Positions 16,520 to 25,027 of a DNA stretch of 35,119 nucleotides are shown in pieces (the first letter of the stretch is position 1; the number at the start of each line of letters is the position of its first letter). Origin of the DNA: Gemmatimonadota bacterium (lineage in GTDB: Bacteria > Gemmatimonadota > Gemmatimonadetes > Gemmatimonadales > GWC2-71-9); contig QHUD01000101.1 of NCBI GenBank assembly GCA_003221085.1, forward strand, positions 1-35,119. The letters run 5' to 3'. A program made the translations under genes and the position numbers. The notes below the pieces were generated by a model, which had not been told where the DNA came from, ran no database searches, and saw nothing but the letters and a program-made list of their open reading frames with translations.

Positions 16520-17601
16520 TGCCCCCTCCGTCCCCTCGCGCCGACACTACGGCCGCGCTCGGCTTCCGTACGCCCGCCGAGTGGGAGCCGCATCGCGCGA
16601 CGTGGCTCGGGTGGCCGCATAACGCCAGCGACTGGCCCGGGAAGTTCGCTCCGATCCCCTGGGTGTACGGCGAGATCGTGCGCGCCCTCGCCCCCGGTGA
16701 AATCGCCCGTATCCTCGTGAACTCCGCCGCCCACGAGCGGCAGGCACGTCGCGTGCTCGAGCGCGTGGGCGTCGATCTCGGACGAGTGGAGTTTTTCCGG
16801 TTTCCGACGAACCGCGGTTGGACTCGCGATTTCGGGCCCCTGTTCGTGCGTCGAGCCGAGCCTCGCCGCGACGTCGCCATCGTCCGGTTCCAGTTCAACG
16901 CCTGGGCCAAGTACCGCGACTGGCAGAAAGACGCCCGCATTCCGGAGCGCGCGGCTGCCATGCTTAGAATGCGCCTATTCCGCGCGCGTGCCGGCGCGCG
17001 CGATGTGGTGCTCGAGGGCGGCAGCATCGATGTGAACGGTCGCGGCACCCTGCTCACGACCGAGGAGTGCCTCCTCGATCCCACCGTACAGGTCCGGAAC
17101 CCCGGGCTCGGGCGCGGTGCGATCGAAACGGTACTGCGCGACCAGCTCGGCGTGACCAACGTCCTATGGCTCGGCAAGGGGATTGGGGGCGACGACACGC
17201 ACGGCCATGTCGACGACCTGTGCCGTTTCGTCAATCCCCGTACCGTCGTGCTGTGCCGTGAGACGGACTCCCGGGATGCGAACTATCGGGCTCTCGAGGA
17301 GAACCGCGAGCGACTTCAGGGGATGCGACTGGAGGATGGGTCCAACATCGAGGTGGTCGATTTACCGATGCCCGCGCCGCTCACGTTCGACGGCCAGCGC
17401 CTCCCGGCAAGCTACGCGAACTTTTACATCGCGAACGGGGCCGTTCTGGTGCCGACGTTCAACCATCCCAAGGATCGCGTGGCGCTCGGGGTTCTGGCGG
17501 AGCTGATCAAGGACCGGCCGGTCGTAGGAATCCACGCGGTGGATCTGGTGTGGGGACTGGGAACGATCCACTGTCTGACACAACAGGAGCCAGCAGCATG
17601 A
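16519..17601 (+). CDS. aguA: agmatine deiminase
   Basis: Matching blocks are PAEWEPH..TWLGWPH, GWTRDFGP, GGSIDVNGRGTLLTTEECLL, DTHGHVDDLCRFV, SYANFYIANGAVLVPTF and GTIHCLTQQEP (catalytic Cys). GTG 16519 overlaps the aguB stop by 1 nt. Confidence 0.9.
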   Translation: MPPPSPRADTTAALGFRTPAEWEPHRATWLGWPHNASDWPGKFAPIPWVYGEIVRALAPGEIARILVNSAAHERQARRVLERVGVDLGRVEFFRFPTNRGWTRDFGPLFVRRAEPRRDVAIVRFQFNAWAKYRDWQKDARIPERAAAMLRMRLFRARAGARDVVLEGGSIDVNGRGTLLTTEECLLDPTVQVRNPGLGRGAIETVLRDQLGVTNVLWLGKGIGGDDTHGHVDDLCRFVNPRTVVLCRETDSRDANYRALEENRERLQGMRLEDGSNIEVVDLPMPAPLTFDGQRLPASYANFYIANGAVLVPTFNHPKDRVALGVLAELIKDRPVVGIHAVDLVWGLGTIHCLTQQEPAA

Positions 17602-17993
17602 CCGCTGCCACCCCGCAATTCGGTCTCACCGCGATCGGCCAAATCTTCGTAAGAGCCCGCGACCTCGATCGCGCCGTCCGCTTCTACCGCGACACCCTCG
17701 GTATGCCGTTTCTCTTCCAAGCGCCGCCGCAAATGGCGTTTTTTCAGTGCGGCGCGACCACCGTCTTGGTCGGGGTCCCGGAAGCGCCGGAGTTCGACCA
17801 TCCCGCATCCACCATCTATTATCTCGTGCCCGACATCGCCGCCGCACACGCGACGCTGCGCGGGCGCGCCGTGGAGTTCATTACCGAGCCGCACCTCGTG
17901 CACCGGGCGGCCGACTACGAGCTCTGGCTGGCCGAGTTCCGCGACTCCGAGGGGAACGTGCTGGCGCTGATGGATCGGAAACGGCGCGCCTAG
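17598..17993 (+). CDS. VOC (glyoxalase/bleomycin-resistance/dioxygenase fold) family protein
   Basis: The start overlaps the aguA stop (ATGA). It is a ~130-aa single-module protein with typical VOC strands (IGQIFVRARDLDRAVRFYRDTLGM ... FRDSEGNVLALM). Confidence 0.78.
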   Translation: MTAATPQFGLTAIGQIFVRARDLDRAVRFYRDTLGMPFLFQAPPQMAFFQCGATTVLVGVPEAPEFDHPASTIYYLVPDIAAAHATLRGRAVEFITEPHLVHRAADYELWLAEFRDSEGNVLALMDRKRRA

Positions 17994-18060
17994 CCCCCGC
18001 CTGGCTCGGGGCTTCCTGCCCTGAGTATCGTTCGACAGCCCCTCCGGGAGCCCGAGGCCA

Positions 18061-19374
18061 GTGATTCCCCAACACCGCTCCGTCATCTTGGTCGGTCTCG
18101 TCGCGGCAGCCTGCCGCGCGGGTGCGCCCCGCGCGGAGCTGCCTCTCGCGCCGCCCGCTCCGGCCCCCGGCGACACGACGTGCACTATCGCGGTCGGGCG
18201 GGCGACGGTTCGCGACACGGTCAGGCTCGCCGTCACCGACCCCATCGAGCTGAAACACGCTCCCCTGCCGCGCAACGACGGGGAGCGACTCGTGTTCGGC
18301 CAGCTCTATGAGTCGTTGATCCGGGTGGACTGCCAGGGACGTGCGCTCCCCGGCCTGGCGGCGGCCTGGGAGCAGGCACCGGAAGACCGTTGGGCCTTCA
18401 CGCTGCGCGAAAACGCACGATTCTGGGACGGGGCACCGGTCACGCCGCGCGACGTCTTGGCCTCGTGGCGCTCACGCGACGCGACGCTCGCGGCCAGCCT
18501 CACTGTCACCGGCGACCGCAGCTTCACCATACCGGCGTCCGCGGCGCCGTTCCAGCGGCTGGCAGACCAGGCGCTGGCGGTCACGAAGCCTGCGCCCGGC
18601 GGTGGCTGGCCGATCGGGACCGGCCGCTACTGGATGACGAGCGGCGATCCCGCCTCGCCAGACGTGCTCGTGATGCAGCCGATGGCGCGCACCGGGCAAC
18701 CGGTGGTGAAAGTCGCCGCCATGCCGGCGAGCGCCGCCCGAGATGCGCTCGATGGCGAAGCGGGAGTGCTCATGACGGACGACCCGGCGGCGCTCGAGTA
18801 CGCGAGGACGCTGTCCGGGTACGTCGACGTCCCCCTCGAATGGAACCGCACGTACGTCCTGCTCGCACCAGGGCGAGACAAGCCGGTGCTCGGTGACCTC
18901 CGGCTGGAGAGCCTCCGCGAAGCCGTGCACGGGGACGCGCGCCCGGCCGAATGGTCCGGTCCCGGCCGCTTCTGGTTCACCGACCTCCAGGCGTGTGGCA
19001 TTCCCGCGGAGCGCGACACGCTCGGGACCGCCGGACGGCGGCGCCGCATCGTTTACAATCAGAGCGATCGGAGCACCGCCGATCTTGCAGCTCGCCTCGT
19101 GGGCCTGGGCGCGCTGGACCGGGGCGCCGTCGCGGGAGGCGTGCCGGCGACCGCCTTCGAGTCCTCGCTGCGGGCGGGCAGCGATGCCGCGTACGTGGTC
19201 CAGGTGCGGCGGCGCGTCTATGATGTGTGCCGTGCGGCGCTCGAGCTGCCGCCCTGGATCTCGGGCGCCACTATCGAGCCGTTGCTCGACATCCGCTCGC
19301 ATGCCGTTGTCCGGCGCGGGCTCCCACGAATGACGCTCGACTGGGACGGCACGCTCCGCCTCGCCCCGCCATGA
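18061..19374 (+). CDS. lipoprotein with a solute-binding-protein family 5 (peptide/nickel type)-like N-terminal domain; candidate periplasmic co-sensor
   Basis: The start is GTG. The N-terminus MIPQHRSVILVGLVAAA|C carries a lipobox. GERLVFGQLYESLIRVD.QGRALPGLAAAWE...WAFTLRENARFWDGAPVTPRDVLASW matches the SBP_bac_5 signature region. At 437 aa it is shorter than canonical members. Its stop overlaps the kinase start. Confidence 0.7.
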   Translation: MIPQHRSVILVGLVAAACRAGAPRAELPLAPPAPAPGDTTCTIAVGRATVRDTVRLAVTDPIELKHAPLPRNDGERLVFGQLYESLIRVDCQGRALPGLAAAWEQAPEDRWAFTLRENARFWDGAPVTPRDVLASWRSRDATLAASLTVTGDRSFTIPASAAPFQRLADQALAVTKPAPGGGWPIGTGRYWMTSGDPASPDVLVMQPMARTGQPVVKVAAMPASAARDALDGEAGVLMTDDPAALEYARTLSGYVDVPLEWNRTYVLLAPGRDKPVLGDLRLESLREAVHGDARPAEWSGPGRFWFTDLQACGIPAERDTLGTAGRRRRIVYNQSDRSTADLAARLVGLGALDRGAVAGGVPATAFESSLRAGSDAAYVVQVRRRVYDVCRAALELPPWISGATIEPLLDIRSHAVVRRGLPRMTLDWDGTLRLAPP

Positions 19375-21037
19375 CGTTTCGCGCCCGTCTCCTTCTCGGA
19401 TTCGGCGCGGTGGTGCTCGTCCCCCTGACCGTATTCGGCTTGCGGATTCGCGCGGTGATGGCGGACCGTCTGACCGCGGAATATCAGCAGCGCGTGTCCG
19501 CGCTCGTCCGGGTTATCCGTGCCGACCTGGACCAGCGAAGCGGGGGGATCGCGCTCCGGCTCGCCGCCCTGCGGGACGCCATCGCTCAGGACAACCGGTT
19601 CCGCAGCGCCGTGCTGCAGGGGGGCGAGCGCACCTACCTGCTCGACTACGCCGGCGATGCCATGCGGCTCGCAGGACTGTCGCTGCTGCAAATCCAGGAC
19701 GAGACGGGCCGTATCGTGAGCTCCGGGCATTTCCGCAACGAGTACGATCAGTCCGACCCCGCGCTGCCGCGCCTCCTGGCGGCGGCTCCGGCGGGCACCG
19801 CGCTCGTGGAAGCGCGCGGTGCCGAGGCGCCGTTCCTGGCGCTCGCGCGGGTGGATTCGCTCCGGCTCGGGCCCGGAGGCCGGCGATTCACCCTCGTGGG
19901 CGGCATCGCGGTGGATTCGACCTTTCTGGCGCGGCTGACGCCCGACTCCGAGCTCAGCGTGGCGGTGCGACTCCCGCCCGATACGGCCTCAGGGACCGAT
20001 CCGGCGACACAAGTCGTGAACGCCGTGGCGGTGCCGTTCGTGACAGCCGGCGATTCCGCCCGGCTCGTCCCTGCGCGGATCGTCGTCTCGCACTCGCTCG
20101 CCTCGCTCGTGGCGCTGCGCCGCGGCGTCGCGGTGTCGTTCTTCGTCGCGGTGCTCGTCACCGGGCTGATCGCGCTGCTCCTGGCCTCGTGGCTGTCGAC
20201 GCGGATCAGCCGGCCGCTGACCGCGCTCGCGGCGAAGACCGCCGACGTGGACATGGACCGGTTGGACGTAGCGTTCGACAGCGACCGGTCGGACGAAATC
20301 GGTGCGCTCAGCCACCTGCTTGCAGCCATGACCGAGCGGCTGCGCGCCGGCGCGGCGCGCCTGCGCGAGGCCGAGCGACGGCTGGCGATGGGTGACCTCG
20401 CCCGCCAGGTGAACCACGACATCAAGAACGGCCTCATTCCGATCCGGAACGTATTCCGGCATCTCGGCCAGGCCGCCGGCGAGAGCCCGGACCGGCTCGC
20501 TGCCGCCTTCCGGGATCGTCAGGCGACGGTCGAGTCGAGCATCTCCTATCTCGAGAACCTGGCGAGCAACTACGCTCGCCTCTACCCCCAGCCCGCCCGC
20601 GAGTCATGCGACGTGAACGCAGTGGTGCGCGAGACTATCAGCCGGGTCAGCAACACCGGCCAGGCGGAGCTGCGACTAGAGCTCGCCGACGGTCTGGCGC
20701 CGGCGCGCACCGACGCGCTGGTGCTGCGGCGTATCCTCGACAACCTGATCGGAAACGCTGTCGACAGCCTGGCGGCGCGAGCCGGCCGGATCACCGTGTC
20801 CACCGGAGTGAACCGAGAAGGCGGCGTGCGTATTACCGTCGCCGACACCGGCACCGGGATGACCAAAGAGGAGCTGAATCGTGCCTTCGACGACTTCTAC
20901 ACGACAAAGCCGGGCGGTACCGGCCTCGGCCTATCGATCGTGAGACGCCTCGTGCTCGATGCCAATGGCGCGCTGCGCGTGGAGACCGAGCCCGGCACGG
21001 GCAGCACGTTCATCGTCGAGCTGCCAGGCGAGGGCGC

Positions 21038-21041
<4 letters not shown>
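19371..21041 (+). CDS. sensor histidine kinase (TM - periplasmic domain - TM - HAMP - DHp/CA)
   Basis: The start overlaps the upstream stop (ATGA). The TM segments are LLLGFGAVVLVPLTVFGL and VSFFVAVLVTGLIALLLASWL. The HAMP region has RPLTALAAKTADV. The H-box is ARQVNHDIKNGLIPI, the N-box is NLIGNAVDS, and the G-boxes are DTGTGMT and GGTGLGLSIV. Confidence 0.88.
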
Positions 21042-22402
<1,361 letters not shown>

Positions 22403-22453
22403 GGCGCTCTTTCCCCTCATCCCCGGTCTTCTACCAACCGTACGGCGCTGTCG

Positions 22454-22553
22454 TCCTGAGCGAGCGCGCGGCACGCGCGCGGGCGAAGGATCCGCTGCTG
22501 CACCTGCGCACCGGCGGTGCCTAGGAGATCCTTCGCGCCTGCGGCGCTCAGGA
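22454..22553. repeat. 100-bp nested palindromic element (REP/MITE-like, or terminator/UAS)
   Basis: The outer arms TCCTGAGCG (22454-22462) and CGCTCAGGA (22545-22553) are perfect complements. So are the inner arms GCGAAGGATC (22483-22492) and GATCCTTCGC (22527-22536). Between the left arms lies a CGCGCG..CGCGCG mini-hairpin. The apical region contains GCACC-GGC-GGTGC (22508-22520). Confidence 0.7.
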
Positions 22554-22687
22554 TAACAGGCTCGTTCATTTTCGGGCTGAGAGGACGAGGGAGACCACCC
22601 TCCGAGGCGAGACTAAAGGCCTGCCTCCCGAGCCGCGGCTTCAGCCGCGCCTCGTGTCCCCACGAACCCAGGGGCGCCGGGAAACCC

Positions 22688-22720
22688 GTGTCCGTCCGGA
22701 CACTCGACGTGTTTCTCGCC
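22688..22720 (+). terminator. small hairpin followed by a T-rich tract (weak intrinsic-terminator candidate)
   Basis: GTGTCCG (22688-22694) pairs with CGGACAC (22697-22703). TCGACGTGTTTCTCGCC follows. The stem is short and the U-tract is displaced and interrupted. Confidence 0.3.
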
Positions 22721-22736
22721 GATGCAAATCGTTGAT

Positions 22737-22771
22737 CTGACGGCTGATGACTGACGACTGACGACTGGCCT
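22737..22771 (+). repeat. tandem heptamer CTGAYGR (4 copies plus a degenerate 5th) forming a three-frame TGA island
   Basis: The units are CTGACGG, CTGATGA, CTGACGA, CTGACGA and CTGGCCT, read directly. TGA triplets start at 22733, 22738, 22745, 22748, 22752 and 22759 and fall in all three plus-strand frames. Confidence 0.65.
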
Positions 22772-22781
22772 CCCTCCTGCC
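22765..22781 (+). promoter_or_regulatory. candidate sigma54 (-24/-12) promoter upstream of the TPR lipoprotein gene
   Basis: In CTGGCCTCCCTCCTGCC, the GG at 22767-68 and the GC at 22779-80 have the canonical 12-nt offset (consensus YTGGCACGrNNNTTGCW). The core TGGC and TGC are kept, and other positions deviate. The site lies 67 nt upstream of ATG 22848 and immediately downstream of a sigma54 activator gene. Confidence 0.3.
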
Positions 22782-22847
22782 TTACAGCGGGTGTCCACCG
22801 CTGTTCGACCGGCGCTCTGGCGAGCGCCCCACCAGAAGGAGGATCCC

Positions 22848-23615
22848 ATGCGGAAGCTCACCATCATCCCGTGCGTCATCGCGGCGTTCGTCGCCGGCGC
22901 GTGCGGGGACAAGCACTCCCAGTCGAGCGATGCGAACGCGGCCGAAGTGACGACGGTGTCGCCCGAGACTCCGAACGCTTCGACTCCGACCAGTGGCGTC
23001 ACCACCGGGACCGCGTCCTTCGACGGCGCCCAGACCGCGTATACCGAGAAGCGCTACGACGAAGCGCTGCGGTTGTTCACGAGCTACACGAGCGAGCACC
23101 CGAACAACGTCTGGGGCTTCTACATGCTCGGGCTCTCGGCTTGGAAGACGGGCGACCGCGACGGCGCGGTGCGGGCGTTCACGCAGGCGCTCGAGAAGGA
23201 CTCGACCCATGTGAAGAGCCGCCTGAACCTGAGCCGGGTGCTGCTGGAGCAGGGCAAGGCTCAGGAGGCGCTCCCGTACATCGAGGGCGTGGTGACGGTC
23301 GATTCAACGTCGAACGAGGGGTACCGCCTGCTCGGCCGGGTGAAGGCCGAGCTCGGCGACTCGAGTGGCGCGATCGAGGCGCTCAAGCGGGCGATCGTGC
23401 TCGACGGGCGTGACGCGCGGTCGATGAACAACTTGGCGCGGGTGTACATCGGGCAAGGTCGGTTCGAGGACGCGCTCGGGCCGCTCGCGCGGGCAATCGA
23501 GATCGATTCGACGGTCGCAGCGTTCCATACCAATCTGGGACGCGCGCTGGAGCACACCGCCGACCGGAGCCGTCTCGCGGAGGCCTTCGTGGAGCAGGTG
23601 AAGACCTGGCGGTAG
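22848..23615 (+). CDS. TPR-repeat lipoprotein
   Basis: A strong SD, AAGGAGG (22836-22842), lies 5 nt before the ATG. The N-terminus MRKLTIIPCVIAAFVAGA|CG carries a lipobox. A Ser/Thr/Pro-rich linker is followed by 4-5 TPR-like 34-residue units (..YDEALRLF..., GDRDGAVRAFTQALEKD, GKAQEALPYIEG, GDSSGAIEALKRAIVLD, GRFEDALGPLARAIEID). Confidence 0.85.
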   Translation: MRKLTIIPCVIAAFVAGACGDKHSQSSDANAAEVTTVSPETPNASTPTSGVTTGTASFDGAQTAYTEKRYDEALRLFTSYTSEHPNNVWGFYMLGLSAWKTGDRDGAVRAFTQALEKDSTHVKSRLNLSRVLLEQGKAQEALPYIEGVVTVDSTSNEGYRLLGRVKAELGDSSGAIEALKRAIVLDGRDARSMNNLARVYIGQGRFEDALGPLARAIEIDSTVAAFHTNLGRALEHTADRSRLAEAFVEQVKTWR

Positions 23616-23640
23616 GGACCTGCGGGATTTGGATCGGGTC

Positions 23641-23670
23641 AGTAGGGGCGCAGCATGCTGCGCCCCTACT
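23641..23670. terminator. perfect 30-nt palindrome between convergent genes (bidirectional terminator candidate)
   Basis: AGTAGGGGCGCAGCA|TGCTGCGCCCCTACT is a 15+15 perfect complement. It lies 26 nt after the TPR gene stop and 14 nt after the minus-strand acyltransferase stop. A third half-copy, GCGCCCCTAC, lies at 23678-23687. Confidence 0.7.
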
Positions 23671-23683
23671 CTATTCCGCGCCC

Positions 23684-25027
23684 CTACGACGTTTCGACCG
23701 CCCGCCCGAGCGCCACGATCTCCTCCCGGATCGCATGGCGCTCGGCCAAGAGCCGCAGAAACGCCCATCGCCGGAACACGAAGAGACTGAGCGCCCGCGC
23801 CCCGCCGATGATCCGGTCGAGCCGCTCGAAGAACAGCAGGGCCGCATACGCGGTGAGCGGCGCGATCGCCAAGGCAAGCAGACCATCCTCGAGACCGCGC
23901 CCTAGCCACACCACGGCCGCCACGCCGATCCACGTGAGGGGAAACAGGAGCATCGCGGCGAGCACTTTGATGCTCGCGAGCGCGTCCTCCGCTCCCTTGG
24001 CCATTCCGGTCGCGACGAACCCGACCGCGCGGTAGGCCGGATAGTGCACCACGACGCCGACCAGCGCGGCGGGCAACAGCAGCACCAGCACGAGCACCGC
24101 CTTGCCGACGTACCGGGCCACGCGGCCCGGCGTGAAGCGGCCGGGCGCGAGCTGCTGCGGATCGAGCCCCGCCACCGCAAGCGCGGCTTCGTAGCGATCG
24201 ATTCGCGTCGCCAGGGCTGCGAAGCGCTCTGGCCACTGCTCCCGCACGACATCGTACCCTGCCAGCAAGCGGCGGCGGAGCGCGAACTCGTCCGCAAGAG
24301 ACGGCGGACTCGGCGGCGCCTCGTCCTCGGTGCTGACGATGCGCTGCGCCCGCTCGACCAGCGAGTGCGCCTCCGCCTGCTCCGCCTGCAGGGTCACGGC
24401 GGCAAGCGCCCGCTCGATCCGCGCGGTCAGCTCACGGACCGGCCCCGCCGGTGGCTCTTCACCCGGCTCGAGCGCCACCGGTGCTACCACGAACGGCTCC
24501 CCGAAGTACAGCAGGGCAACACTCCGAAAGGTGCGCTTCGCCCGGTAGTACAAGCCCGCCGGCACGATCCGGAGCGGTGCCGACTGCGAAAGTCCACGCG
24601 CCACGCCGAACGCGATCCGCGCCGCGCCCGTCTTCAGGGGCCGCAGCTTGGGATCCGAGTGCGATACGCCTTCCGGGAAGATCGCTATCGCCCCGCCGCG
24701 CGCGAGCACGCCCCGCGCCGTGTCGAACGTCTCGCGGTTCTGCGAGGAGTCGGAGCCCGCGTCTTGACGGCGGTGTACGGGAATCGCCTCGAACGCGCGA
24801 CAGAAGAATCCGATCACCGGCATCCGAAACAACGGCGCCTTGGCAAGGAGCGAGATGCGCCGGGGGGCGAGGCACAGGAGGAACGCGGGATCGATCAGCC
24901 CGCTCGGATGGTTGAGGACGAAGATCACGGGACCGCTCTCGGGGACGCGCTCGATACCCGAGACTTCGATGCGGCGAAAGAAGACGCGCAGGATCAGACC
25001 GAACAGCGCCCGGAAGAACGTCCTCAC
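23684..25027 (-). CDS. PlsC-type glycerolipid acyltransferase with a C-terminal multi-TM extension (447 aa)
   Basis: The GTG start overlaps the upstream MFS stop (GTGA). The acyltransferase blocks are VLNHPSGLIDP (H-x4-D), IFPEGVSHSD and LRIVPAGLYY. The C-terminal half has three or more hydrophobic helices. The listed 585-aa ORF extends out of frame over the MFS gene. Confidence 0.85.
   Translation of the reverse strand: MRTFFRALFGLILRVFFRRIEVSGIERVPESGPVIFVLNHPSGLIDPAFLLCLAPRRISLLAKAPLFRMPVIGFFCRAFEAIPVHRRQDAGSDSSQNRETFDTARGVLARGGAIAIFPEGVSHSDPKLRPLKTGAARIAFGVARGLSQSAPLRIVPAGLYYRAKRTFRSVALLYFGEPFVVAPVALEPGEEPPAGPVRELTARIERALAAVTLQAEQAEAHSLVERAQRIVSTEDEAPPSPPSLADEFALRRRLLAGYDVVREQWPERFAALATRIDRYEAALAVAGLDPQQLAPGRFTPGRVARYVGKAVLVLVLLLPAALVGVVVHYPAYRAVGFVATGMAKGAEDALASIKVLAAMLLFPLTWIGVAAVVWLGRGLEDGLLALAIAPLTAYAALLFFERLDRIIGGARALSLFVFRRWAFLRLLAERHAIREEIVALGRAVETS

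Noticed and set aside
22517-22735. 72-aa ORF inside the long intergenic region
   Set aside because: It is rich in AGG/AGA/ATA/CTA codons that real genes in this window avoid, has no SD, and overlaps palindromic repeats. It is probably non-coding.
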